From an uncultured archaeon (GTDB lineage Archaea; Thermoproteota; Nitrososphaeria; Nitrososphaerales; Gagatemarchaeaceae), in contig CAWFOU010000008.1 of NCBI GenBank assembly GCA_963817525.1, positions 84,084 through 148,083 on the forward strand: 64,000 bases of DNA. The letters run 5' to 3'. Shown in pieces: positions 1 to 8,870 of the stretch. Both the position numbers and the translations under genes were made by a program. Below the pieces are notes generated by a model, which saw only the letters and a program-made list of their open reading frames with translations, was not told the DNA's origin and ran no database searches. Each line of letters starts with the position of its first letter. Position 1 is the stretch's first letter.

Positions 1-635
1 ACGACAACGTGGAGGTCGTAGAAGCGCAGGATGGTGCCCGTATCCGTCCCGCTGCCTACGACCAGGAATTGGATCCAGCCAGACAGAGGCTGGGGCAGCG
101 CCGACATCATCCCTATCCCCACGTCGGTCGCAGACTTTGATACGACCGTCCATGGGAGAAGGTAGCCCGTGAAGCCGAAGCCCAGCGTCACGAAGCCCAT
201 GAACATCCCCGTTATCCACATCAGCTCTCTCGGCTTCTTGTTGACGGAGACGAAGTATCCCCTCATCATGTGCATGAATGCCAGCATTATCATAGCGTAG
301 GCCGTGTAGAGGTGTACGGTCTCGAGGAATCTGCCGTAGCTGACGTTCTGGAAGATGTAGAGGGTCGAGGAGTATGCTTGCAGGGGCGTGGGGATGTAGT
401 AGATCATCATTATCGCCCCCGTGACTCCCTGGATTGCGAAGGCGACGACGGCAAGAGCGCCGAGCCAGTAGAAGGGGTTGACCGAGTACGTCGGCGCCGG
501 TCGCAAGAGCTCGTACGAGAGACCCAGCCGGGCGTCGAACCAATGGACGACCCGGGCCAGGGCGCGTTCATGGGCCGGCGCCTCCCCGGAGGGATGGTAG
601 CCGCTATTTGCCTTTTCGTCTTCTTGCTCTGACAT
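1..635 (-). CDS. Cytochrome b of a Rieske/cytochrome b complex (3'-partial, runs off window start)
   Basis: Hand translation from ATG at 635: MSEQEDEK...NPFYWLGALAVVAFAIQGVTG...YYIP...ETVHLYTAYAMIMLAFMHMMRGYF...KKPRELMWITG; heme-ligating His pair and PREL-W motif of cytochrome b; directly downstream of Rieske gene. Not in ORF track. Confidence 0.92.
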   Translation of the reverse strand, partial: MSEQEDEKANSGYHPSGEAPAHERALARVVHWFDARLGLSYELLRPAPTYSVNPFYWLGALAVVAFAIQGVTGAIMMIYYIPTPLQAYSSTLYIFQNVSYGRFLETVHLYTAYAMIMLAFMHMMRGYFVSVNKKPRELMWITGMFMGFVTLGFGFTGYLLPWTVVSKSATDVGIGMMSALPQPLSGWIQFLVVGSGTDTGTILRFYDLHVV

Positions 636-637
636 TG

Positions 638-1444
638 TTATCCGCTCACTAGGGTGCCGCCCTGCAGGTCATCCAGGACGTTGCTTGACCCGGTGTTGTG
701 CCCAAAGATCGTCGGCGGCCCCATGCCCACCGCGTAGATGTCGCCCGAGTCGTCCATAGAAAGCGTCACCTGGGGCACTGGCCTGGGCGCCGGCCCGCCT
801 ATCACGGCGGCGCCGTTGACGAGGTCATAGACGCTCCCGTGGCAGCAGCAGTATCCCTCGGGTCCGGGCGCCTTGTAAGACGTGGCGCACGCGGGGCCGG
901 TGCCGGTGGGGATGAAGGCGTAGATGCAGCCCAGGTGCTGACACACGACGCTGAAAGCCACGATGTCGCCGTCGGGGCCGATCCCCCCGCTGGCTTTGAC
1001 ACCGAGCTTCACAAGGATGTTGGGGGTCTCCTCTAGGGGGTAGTTGAACGAGACCGGCTGTGAGACCATCAGGGAGCTGATGTTGGCGATCATCAGCGAC
1101 GGGAACGGAGATGACGTGGAGGACGTTGTTGTCGTTGACGCAGGGGAAGCGGAAGAAGCCGAGCTGGAGGAAGCGATCGCCGTCTGGTTCCCTACCGGCA
1201 ATGTGACGGTCTTCGTCAGGGTTTCGGTGACCGTAGGCGTGTTCGTCTGGGCCTCGGCGGGAGAGGGTGGGTTGGCGGGGGAGAAGAGCGACTTGACGAC
1301 CGAGACGACGCCAACAATCACGGCCACCATCCCCAGCGCGAGGCCTGACCTCAGCAGGTTCCTGCGCGTGATGCTGCTGTCGTCCGGGGCGCCGCCCGTT
1401 GACTGGGCGTTCTCCTTTTTCGAGTCTTCTTCTGCGTCAGTCAC
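638..1444 (-). CDS. Rieske [2Fe-2S] protein, SoxL/AioB-like, Tat signal
   Basis: CQHLGC and CCCHGSVYD Rieske boxes, GIGPDGDIVAFS motif, GGPAPRP loop, N-terminal TRRNLL twin-arginine plus TM helix, Ser/Thr linker. Confidence 0.93.
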   Translation of the reverse strand: MTDAEEDSKKENAQSTGGAPDDSSITRRNLLRSGLALGMVAVIVGVVSVVKSLFSPANPPSPAEAQTNTPTVTETLTKTVTLPVGNQTAIASSSSASSASPASTTTTSSTSSPFPSLMIANISSLMVSQPVSFNYPLEETPNILVKLGVKASGGIGPDGDIVAFSVVCQHLGCIYAFIPTGTGPACATSYKAPGPEGYCCCHGSVYDLVNGAAVIGGPAPRPVPQVTLSMDDSGDIYAVGMGPPTIFGHNTGSSNVLDDLQGGTLVSG

Positions 1445-1596
1445 GGCGTTCTCCTCTCATCGCTCGCTGTGAGTGCGCAGGCGAGGCTGATGAGCTGCGC
1501 CCGGAAGACTCGCGACACCGCCAGATCTCCGACGTTCACGCCGGTGGGGTTCGAGAAGGCGGAACCTGAGAAAGCGAGTTTCTCGGCCCTGGGCAT
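1441..1596 (-). CDS. Putative 51-aa small protein filling the gap upstream of the Rieske gene
   Basis: ATG 1596 to TGA 1441 (MPRAEKLAFSGSAFSNPTGVNVGDLAVSRVFRAQLISLACALTASDERRTP); stop overlaps Rieske GTG start (GTGA); GAGGGG upstream; no recognisable homology. Confidence 0.3.
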   Translation of the reverse strand: MPRAEKLAFSGSAFSNPTGVNVGDLAVSRVFRAQLISLACALTASDERRTP

Positions 1597-1606
1597 CGGC
1601 AACCCC

Positions 1607-2974
1607 TCACTTTCTCGGCCTGGTCACCAGCATCCCGATGATTAGTCCCAGTATGAGCACGATTACAATGCCCGCGTAGACGATCGTGGGTATAGACTGG
1701 ACGACCTGCGAGAGTGTCGAGGTCGCCGTGCTCACGGTCGTGCTTATGAAACTGCTGACCGACGTGCTGGTTACGGTCGTGGCTACGCCAGGAGGAGCGG
1801 AGGCAAGCGCAAGATTGACGACCTGGAGCCCAGTGTTGGGCGGCGACGCGCTGTCTGAGGAGGTCACGGCCACGGCGTAGGTCGCGTTCGCTGGAATCGT
1901 GGGAAGAGTCGCCCCGGCGAACTGGCCCGTCCATGCGCCGTTCGCCCCTGTGTAAGTCAGCTTCACCGTCCCTATGACTCCGCCGGGGTTCTTCGCGCCG
2001 CCGCCGAAGGTGTTCGCCGTGGCGTTCCAAGTGCCCCACCCAATGACAGCCGTCGCCGAGCCGCCGCGCGCGGCGGTGTCAAGGGGAGCGACGAACCCTG
2101 TCACGGGTTCTGCGTTCTTCGGATAAGTGATTGTGGCGACTATGTTGATGCCCTCCCCGGAGGCGATCGCGGCGACTGGCAGGCCCGTCTTCGTGTCGGT
2201 GAGCTGCACGCTCGTCGCGAGCTGCGCGGGGGCGATCGTGAAGGGGCTGCCGGAGTAGGTGTACACGGCGAAGTTGCCGGCCGCGTCAGAGACCTTGACC
2301 GTCGGGCTCCACGTTCCCACGTAGGTGTAGTTCCAGTTGGGCAAGACTGAGTTGTCGAAGAGCTTGGCGCCGGAATCCCAGTTGGCCTTTTCGGTCGTGC
2401 CCGCCGGGGTGGTGAAGTTGATGTTTATCCCCGCGGTATCGTTCGTGAGGGCCACCCCGTTGGAAGCATAGTGGATGTAGAACCTCGGGATCAGCTTACC
2501 ACCTCTCAAGACGCCCTGGACATATGAGCAGGTCCCGCCGGTCACCATGTCCATGGTAACGACGAGCTTGTTGGTCCCGTAGAAGCTGGCCGAACCCACG
2601 GTCTGCCCGCCCTGGGTCAGGAAAACGTTGAAAGTCCCCACCTGGTTCACCACTGTCCCAAAGCCGGCGGTGGCGTTCCCGTAGAGGACCGAATCAAGCT
2701 GTCCCGAAGCGGTCGCGGTGAATGGGATCGAGCTCTCAGATCCGCTCGGCTTTTGGACGATGATTGAATAGGAGCCAGCTGCAGGGGCGGTCACGTTTAT
2801 GGAAGTTGTCATCCCGAAGTTGATATATCCGGGGCTGGCCGTGATGTACTGTGTCTGAGCGGACGCCGCTGTGAGCGGACCAGTAACCGAAATAACCGAC
2901 ACGAGCAGCAACGCGCTTGCCGCTATCTGACCCGGCTTCCCGATTCTCAGCCGTTCTCTAATCATGATCTTCAA
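1607..2974 (-). CDS. Secreted, C-terminally membrane-anchored beta-rich surface protein
   Basis: Signal peptide (ASALLLVSVISVTGPLTAASA), Thr/Ser/Gly-rich body with NxT/S sequons, S/T linker, C-terminal TM and basic tail RPRK. Confidence 0.8.
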   Translation of the reverse strand: MKIMIRERLRIGKPGQIAASALLLVSVISVTGPLTAASAQTQYITASPGYINFGMTTSINVTAPAAGSYSIIVQKPSGSESSIPFTATASGQLDSVLYGNATAGFGTVVNQVGTFNVFLTQGGQTVGSASFYGTNKLVVTMDMVTGGTCSYVQGVLRGGKLIPRFYIHYASNGVALTNDTAGININFTTPAGTTEKANWDSGAKLFDNSVLPNWNYTYVGTWSPTVKVSDAAGNFAVYTYSGSPFTIAPAQLATSVQLTDTKTGLPVAAIASGEGINIVATITYPKNAEPVTGFVAPLDTAARGGSATAVIGWGTWNATANTFGGGAKNPGGVIGTVKLTYTGANGAWTGQFAGATLPTIPANATYAVAVTSSDSASPPNTGLQVVNLALASAPPGVATTVTSTSVSSFISTTVSTATSTLSQVVQSIPTIVYAGIVIVLILGLIIGMLVTRPRK

Positions 2975-3012
2975 GCTACGAACGTGATAAAGAGAATAAT
3001 AAGCATTCGACG

Positions 3013-3030
3013 ATTCTCACTATTGAGAAT
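3013..3030. promoter_or_regulatory. Palindrome ATTCTCA-N4-TGAGAAT, candidate operator
   Basis: Perfect 7-bp inverted repeat in the AT-rich region upstream of the surface protein/Rieske/cyt b genes. Confidence 0.45.
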
Positions 3031-3108
3031 AGGCGGACGCTCGAGCCCTTCCGGTCAGGTGGCGAAACGCGGCTCCTTGCATCAAGGCTTCGCCTGACCC
3101 CAGCGCGG

Positions 3109-4044
3109 TCATCTGAAAATCCTCGTCCCCGCCTTCCCCGCGAGGGCGTCCTCGGCCATCTCAAGGGATGTAATTATCGCCGTCTCTCCACCGGACTCTA
3201 AGAACTTGACCGCGCTCTCGACCTTAGGCCCCATGCTCCCTTCTGGAAACTGGCCCTGCTCGAGGAACTCCTTGCAATCCCGGATAGTCATCTTGTCAAC
3301 TGGTCTTTGGCCGGGTCGGTTGTAGTCAAGGTAGACTCTTTCCACATCGGTTAGGATGAGTAGGGTCTCCACGCGAAGGATGCTCCCGAGAAGCGCAGCT
3401 GTCCGATCCTTGTCCAAGACCGCCTCGACGCCCTTGGTTTTTCCTTCCCTGTCCCTCGTCACGGGGATGCCTCCTCCCCCAGCGGCGATTACGACGGTCC
3501 CTGACTCGAACAACCCAAGGATTGTTCGCTCCTCGAGAATCTCGACCGGCGAGGGAGAAGGGACCACCCTCCGATATCCCCTCCCGGCGTCCTCCACCAT
3601 TGTCCACCCTCTATTTTTCTTTAGGCTGGGGGCCTCTGCCGAGGAGTAGAAAGGCCCCACGGGCTTTGTGGGGTGCTGGAAGGCGGGGTCCGCGCCGTCC
3701 ACCAAGACCCGCGTCACTACGGTCGCGACGGGAAGGTCAACCCCGTCCGCTTGGAATTCGTCCTGCAGCCCCTGCTGCAGCATGTATCCGATCATCCCCT
3801 GGGTCTCCGCCCCGCAGACGTCGAGCGGCATCGGAGGCAGCGTGGCCTTGGCGAGCTCGTTCTTCAGCAGGATGTCACCCACTTGGGGCCCGTTCCCATG
3901 CGTGATTGCAATCTGGTCACCCTCCTCGACCAACTTGGCGAGGTGCCTCGCGGTGGCGCGGAGGTTCGCGAACTGCTCCTCGGCAGTCCCCTTCTCCCCG
4001 TGCCTCAGTATCGCGTTGCCTCCGAGGGCAATCAGGACTCTCAT
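3109..4044 (-). CDS. arcC: Carbamate kinase
   Basis: IALGGNA, THGNGPQVG, AETQGMIGY, TKPVGPFY, GYRRVVPSP, GGGGIP, GSMGPKV motifs. Confidence 0.97.
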   Translation of the reverse strand: MRVLIALGGNAILRHGEKGTAEEQFANLRATARHLAKLVEEGDQIAITHGNGPQVGDILLKNELAKATLPPMPLDVCGAETQGMIGYMLQQGLQDEFQADGVDLPVATVVTRVLVDGADPAFQHPTKPVGPFYSSAEAPSLKKNRGWTMVEDAGRGYRRVVPSPSPVEILEERTILGLFESGTVVIAAGGGGIPVTRDREGKTKGVEAVLDKDRTAALLGSILRVETLLILTDVERVYLDYNRPGQRPVDKMTIRDCKEFLEQGQFPEGSMGPKVESAVKFLESGGETAIITSLEMAEDALAGKAGTRIFR

Positions 4045-4059
4045 GCGCCCGACGCCCGA

Positions 4060-5376
4060 CTAGCCCTTGGACTCCCGTCTGAGGACGCACGTCATGCAGT
4101 GCGCGCCGCCGTATCCGCCCGTTATCTCCTGCAGGGGCAGAGCTGTGGCGTCGACACCGAGGTCGTTGAACTCCTTCTTCCTGGGGAAGAACTGGGCCGA
4201 GTCTTTGAGCTGGGCGTGCTCCTTCTTCGCCTCCGCGAAGAGCTTGGCGTAGCGATGCGGGGCGAGGTTCGCCTGGTACTTCAGGTTCCTCAGGACCTTC
4301 TCGACGACGTTCTCCACATCCACGGCCATTATCTTGCGGTCGCTGAGGCAGAGGAAGTTAGAGGCGTAGCACATCTGCTCGAGGGTGGTTATGGGGACGA
4401 CCGTGAACCCGCGGCCCACGAGGTAGTCGTGGATGTTCGGGTTGCCCGACTGGCGCTTGTACCTGCCATTCGAGGACCTTCTGTAGACCTCGACCTTCGC
4501 CCGCTTCAGGAGGGGGACGCACCCCACTGCGATCCCCTTCCCCGCGATGTTGAGGTAGGTGTCCAGGTGCATGTTGATCATGGGATCTGGCTGGTCGCCC
4601 GGGATCAGCGGGTGGGCTGCCTGGTGGACCACGGCCACCTCGTCGAAGCCAACGCCGTTGGCGAGTATCTGGTTGACCCCGCTCCTGTTGGTCCTGTCCC
4701 CTATGCCCAGCATCGCGAAATCCCCCGCTGGCATGAAGTCACCCCCCTCGAAGGTGCCCGGCCTCTTCACATGGCATGCGATCTTCGCGCCGGCCATCTC
4801 CAGGATCGCCCCGGTTATCTCGGGCTCCATCTGCCTCTGGGGCTTGGACATGCTCCCGACCATGACGCCGCGGTCTGAGACGGCCTGCTGATCCCTCATG
4901 AAGTAGAGGTTGGCGAGGGGGACGTCGAGAGTGACCCGGGGAAGGACGACCCTCACCCCTTTCCTCTCCTCCAGGGCGACGCTCGGCCTGAGGAGCTGGA
5001 CGTTGAAGACCGTCTCGGCGTCGAGCTCGGTTATCCCCTTCCTGAACTCGCGTCTGGCCTCCGCGGCGTCGTCCTTCGGGCCGGTGACCTTCACCGTGTC
5101 CGCGGCGTGTTCCTGTGCCCTCGCGAGGAGCCCCGGGTCGTCTTTCGCGAGGTTGATGTAGAGCCTCTTCAGGCGGTGGACCTTCACGCCCGCCTGGGAG
5201 AGGGCGTGCTCGAGCTCGGTGTGCTCGTAGATGGCCTCGTCCATGCTGAAGGCCCTCTCGTATAGGAAGGAGAAGGGCGCCATCAATCCGAAGAACATCT
5301 CGATTCCCGGCCTGTGGATGACCACCTCCTTCAGCGGGTCCCACTCGGCTCTCACCGTGGAGTCCATCCGTCTCAC
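4060..5376 (-). CDS. arcA: Arginine deiminase
   Basis: LKEVVIHRPG, NLYFMRD, FEGGD, MHLDT and GYGGAHCMT catalytic motifs; adjacent to arcC (start may be ATG 5367). Confidence 0.93.
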   Translation of the reverse strand: MRRMDSTVRAEWDPLKEVVIHRPGIEMFFGLMAPFSFLYERAFSMDEAIYEHTELEHALSQAGVKVHRLKRLYINLAKDDPGLLARAQEHAADTVKVTGPKDDAAEARREFRKGITELDAETVFNVQLLRPSVALEERKGVRVVLPRVTLDVPLANLYFMRDQQAVSDRGVMVGSMSKPQRQMEPEITGAILEMAGAKIACHVKRPGTFEGGDFMPAGDFAMLGIGDRTNRSGVNQILANGVGFDEVAVVHQAAHPLIPGDQPDPMINMHLDTYLNIAGKGIAVGCVPLLKRAKVEVYRRSSNGRYKRQSGNPNIHDYLVGRGFTVVPITTLEQMCYASNFLCLSDRKIMAVDVENVVEKVLRNLKYQANLAPHRYAKLFAEAKKEHAQLKDSAQFFPRKKEFNDLGVDATALPLQEITGGYGGAHCMTCVLRRESKG

Positions 5377-5425
5377 CTTTGGGTCGCCGGCCGGCGGCCG
5401 CGCGTCTCGACCTCGATGGCTGGAG

Positions 5426-7000
5426 TCATTGCTCCATCACAGCCCGCGTGTTCGCCTTATACGCCCATAGGAAGACCAGGGCGGAGAAGACAGCTATCAC
5501 CACGAGGTCGTAGGGCATAGAGACGTATCCGAGCGGGCCGGGGATCGAGAGGACGCCAGAGGTGATGAAGTTGGTGTCCCCCACAAAGGATATCGCCGTG
5601 AGCCCGACCACGTAGACCCAGAACCAGGCCTGCCGGCGCCATTCCATCTTCTTGTTCTTCGCGAACAGGTAGAGGGGGAAGCCGATGAGGGTGAGGATCG
5701 CCCCTATCAGTGTCAGCGGCCATGTGGCCCAGTAGATCAGGACGCTCGAAAGGACGAAGCCCAGGAAGGCGAAGACCATCCCTCCGGGGAGCCTGTAGTG
5801 GTCGGCGGCGCCCATCTTCGGGTTCTTCCTGAGTATCGCGAGAGAGACCGAGGCTGCCGCGTATGGGATGAGGGTGGTTATCGAGGCCAGGAGCACGACG
5901 TTGGGAAAGAACGGGAAGAGCACCTGGATTATCCCGGTCAGGACCGAGGCGAAGACGATCGAGATGGCGGGCGTGCTGTACTTGTGGTTCACCCTGTCCA
6001 TGGGCTTGGGGAAGAGCCCGTCGTCTGCCATGGCATATGGAATCCGCCCCTGGAAAAGGACCCAGTCACTCCCGGCCCCTGCGGTGCTGATGATCGCGCC
6101 TATCGTTATCACCGCCGCTAGGAGGCCGTAGCCTGCGCCCTTGGCGACGTCGGAGAGTGGGGAGGACAGGCTCCCTATCCCTGTGCTGTAGGACCAGTCG
6201 CCCACGCTCATGCCTAGACCCGACCAATTGATCATGCCCACGAAGGCGATCCCTATGAGGACGTAGACCGCCACAACGATGGCCATAGTGATTATGATCG
6301 CCCGTGGGATGGTCCTGGACGAGTTCTTCACTTCGGCGCTCGGGATCACGACGGCCTCGAACCCGGTGAACATGAAAACGGCCAAGGCCATCGCGACCGC
6401 GATCCCCGACCAACCGAACGGCATGAACGGCGCGAAGCTGCTGAAGTTCAGGTAGAACAAGCCCACGACGGCGAAGAGGATGAGAGGGATCAGCTTTGCG
6501 ACGGTGGTCACGATGCCGAAGAGCCCTCCCCACTTGACGCCGACGACGTTGATGATTGTGAAGGCGGCGAGCGCGACCAGCGCTATCCCGATCCCGAGGG
6601 GCGTAAGGGTAAGCCCGACCGCGAGCCCGGGGACGTAGAAGCCGATGTAGGCCACGAAGACGTCTATTATCGCCGCCGTGCCGGTGAATGCGTAGATGAA
6701 ATAGCCCCAGCCTACGAGATAACCGGCCGAGTTTCCCAGGGCGAGCCGTGGAATCGCGTAAGGCCCTCCCGTGAGCGGGAACCTCGAGCCCAACTCGGCG
6801 TAGATCAGTGCGAGTATCGTCATGATGACGCCGACGAAGACTATCGCGAGGGTGAGAGCCGGTCCGGCGTCCGCGCCGTAGGCGGCTATCAGTCCGAAGA
6901 TTCCCGACCCGATTATGCCGCCGGTCCCCAGGCCCACCAGGCTCCACAAGCCCAGTTCCTTCTTCAGGGCGGGCTTCTCGGTTTCAGCGGTCGTCGACAT
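5426..7000 (-). CDS. APC-family amino acid permease (probable arginine/cationic amino acid transporter)
   Basis: LKKELGLW, GGIIGSGIF, YAELGS..P..GG, FTGFE motifs; 12+ TM segments; in arc cluster. Confidence 0.9.
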   Translation of the reverse strand: MSTTAETEKPALKKELGLWSLVGLGTGGIIGSGIFGLIAAYGADAGPALTLAIVFVGVIMTILALIYAELGSRFPLTGGPYAIPRLALGNSAGYLVGWGYFIYAFTGTAAIIDVFVAYIGFYVPGLAVGLTLTPLGIGIALVALAAFTIINVVGVKWGGLFGIVTTVAKLIPLILFAVVGLFYLNFSSFAPFMPFGWSGIAVAMALAVFMFTGFEAVVIPSAEVKNSSRTIPRAIIITMAIVVAVYVLIGIAFVGMINWSGLGMSVGDWSYSTGIGSLSSPLSDVAKGAGYGLLAAVITIGAIISTAGAGSDWVLFQGRIPYAMADDGLFPKPMDRVNHKYSTPAISIVFASVLTGIIQVLFPFFPNVVLLASITTLIPYAAASVSLAILRKNPKMGAADHYRLPGGMVFAFLGFVLSSVLIYWATWPLTLIGAILTLIGFPLYLFAKNKKMEWRRQAWFWVYVVGLTAISFVGDTNFITSGVLSIPGPLGYVSMPYDLVVIAVFSALVFLWAYKANTRAVMEQ

Positions 7001-7006
7001 CTTTTG

Positions 7007-7459
7007 TCACTTCACTATCAGGACGTCACGCTTGGAGTGGCTCACCACGGAAGAGGAGACGCCCCCCAGCAAGAACCGCTCGAGGCCAGATATCCCCCTT
7101 CTGCCCAACACCACTAGGTCGATCCCCTCGCTCTCGGATAGGTCGAGGATAATCTCCGCGGGGTGCCCGTCCTCCACGGAGCCAGCGACCTTGACTCCGG
7201 CTTCCTTAGCTCTCTTGACGGCGAGGTCGAGGAGGCTCTTCCCTTCCTTCATGACCTGCTCTTGATAGCCGGGTGGATAGTATGGCGCGCTAGGGCCGTA
7301 GACCGTCAGGATGGTGTTGACGGCCACCACGACCCGCAGGGAGGTCCCGTCAAGGGACGCAAGCGCGATTGCCCGGTCGAGGGCCCGCTTGGCGTTCTCC
7401 GAGCCGTCGTAACCGATCAGTATCTTCTTGTAGTTCTGCAAATCGTCATCGGTGTTCAT
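7007..7459 (-). CDS. Universal stress protein (UspA family)
   Basis: KILIGYDGS, DLVVLGRRG...LLGGVSSSVV motif. Confidence 0.95.
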   Translation of the reverse strand: MNTDDDLQNYKKILIGYDGSENAKRALDRAIALASLDGTSLRVVVAVNTILTVYGPSAPYYPPGYQEQVMKEGKSLLDLAVKRAKEAGVKVAGSVEDGHPAEIILDLSESEGIDLVVLGRRGISGLERFLLGGVSSSVVSHSKRDVLIVK

Positions 7460-7466
7460 TGGCGCC

Positions 7467-8042
7467 TCACCCGAAGAGGTTGTTCGTCTGCTCCATCAGG
7501 TTGTGAGCCGCGGCCGCCACACGAGACAGTGGCTTATCCCGGCCCCACATGGTGAAGTTCTCCGAGAGCCACCTTCCGTGAAGCTTCTCGAGAGTGTCCA
7601 GGTTGGGCGCTAAATCTACGACGATCGCTCCGTTCTCGTCGAGTCTTATCGAGACTCCCGAGAACGTGGTTCTGTAGACTCCGTATCTCTTTCCGGCGGG
7701 TGTGACGACCGACTTCTCGAGGACCATCAGCCCAGCGGCTACAAGCTTGTTCACTCTCCGGTAGCAGGTGCTCAGGGGAAGGTTCTGCGTTGCGCTAATC
7801 TCTTCGACGGTCTTTCCGCTGGCGATGGCCGAGACGAGTATTCGTCTTGAGGACTCGTCTCCCAGAGCGCGAAGGATCGCGTTAGACTCCTTCAGGGCGC
7901 GGACAGCGGCGTCCTCGGACGGGTTGGAAGACTTTTCACTCTCTAGCGTCGAAAAGAGCAACGGGCTCGTTAGCACGGCCTTCAGTCCCCCGATCCCTCC
8001 TTCGCTGACGACCGCCCGGATCTCTCGTGCCATCCTTTCCAC
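7467..8042 (-). CDS. Winged-HTH (ArsR-like) transcriptional regulator
   Basis: ILRALGDESSRRIL...KTVEEIS...LPLSTCYRRVNKL...GKRYGVY pattern of archaeal wHTH proteins. Confidence 0.75.
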   Translation of the reverse strand: MERMAREIRAVVSEGGIGGLKAVLTSPLLFSTLESEKSSNPSEDAAVRALKESNAILRALGDESSRRILVSAIASGKTVEEISATQNLPLSTCYRRVNKLVAAGLMVLEKSVVTPAGKRYGVYRTTFSGVSIRLDENGAIVVDLAPNLDTLEKLHGRWLSENFTMWGRDKPLSRVAAAAHNLMEQTNNLFG

Positions 8043-8169
8043 CTAGCACGATAGAGAGGGTCTGAAGTATTAGAGGAGGCTTGTACGTTTGTGGCCTCAG
8101 GAGGACTCGCTGTGTACAGTTGTACGCAGTGGAGCGGGGCCGGGACCCGCATGTGAGCGATCGTGGGCG

Positions 8170-8763
8170 TCAGTGCGATGATTTCTTCTCTGCCTCGGCG
8201 GTCACTTCAATCATGCCTTCAGATACCCTGCTGTTGGCAACCCTGTAGGAGTAGGCCGAGAGCAGCCCAAGCAGGAACTGCTCGGTGCAGCTCGTGGATT
8301 CGACGGAGAACCCCGCCCCGACTATTCGGACGATGATGTTCACCCCCCTGTCGCCTTCCCTTCTCTCGAACTCCAGCCTCTTCACGGGGAGGAGGCCGTC
8401 AAGCTCGTCGACTCTCGCGATGAGCTGCTGGAAGTCCTCGGCGTACATCTGCAAGTAGGCGCCGACCCTCTTCCCTTCGTCAAACCACGACTTCAATAGC
8501 CAATCCTTGTCGCTCTGGAAGGTCCTCACCATCAGCTTCTCCATGAGGTCTCCGGGGAGCGGAATCGCGTCGGTGTCTTTCAGGATCCGGCTCCACCTCC
8601 AGGACGAATAGACCTCTTTCGGCGAGCCCCCATACTTGCAGACTTTCAGGACCGCGTCCAGAGCCTCGTTGGTGAGCGCGTAGAGGCTCTTGTTTTCCTT
8701 TGTCGCTTCATCAGCCAAGAGGTCTGCCGTCTTCTCGTCGACGGCGATGTTTGTCCGAGCCAT
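8170..8763 (-). CDS. Ribbon-helix-helix regulator with C-terminal putative ligand-binding (V4R-like) domain
   Basis: Start at ATG 8763 (MARTNIAVDEKTADLLADEA..SLYALTNEAL), an RHH strand-helix-helix pattern; C-terminal alpha/beta domain assignment is inference. Confidence 0.6.
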   Translation of the reverse strand: MARTNIAVDEKTADLLADEATKENKSLYALTNEALDAVLKVCKYGGSPKEVYSSWRWSRILKDTDAIPLPGDLMEKLMVRTFQSDKDWLLKSWFDEGKRVGAYLQMYAEDFQQLIARVDELDGLLPVKRLEFERREGDRGVNIIVRIVGAGFSVESTSCTEQFLLGLLSAYSYRVANSRVSEGMIEVTAEAEKKSSH

Positions 8764-8870
8764 GGGAAGGCTCGCGGAGTACGCATTTGTACATAAGTCT
8801 ATGCAGAATGCATGAGAACGTACAGACGGCGAGATATACTTCCTTCGCACCCTTTGGGGTGGCGAACCAG

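Noticed and set aside
638-1444. Arsenite oxidase (AioB) call for the Rieske protein
   Set aside because: No molybdopterin large subunit adjacent; the next gene is cytochrome b
1470-1590. CTGATGAG flanked by GCGCAG/CTGCGC, resembling a hammerhead core or C/D box
   Set aside because: No stem II followed by GAAA in the right place, and no properly spaced D/C'/D' boxes
3673-4878. Long antisense and alternate-frame ORFs (this one, 14982-16112, 43597-44664, 52077-53168, 57318-58265 and others)
   Set aside because: Shadow ORFs from high GC3 overlapping well-supported genes; Arg/Gly/Pro-rich with no motifs
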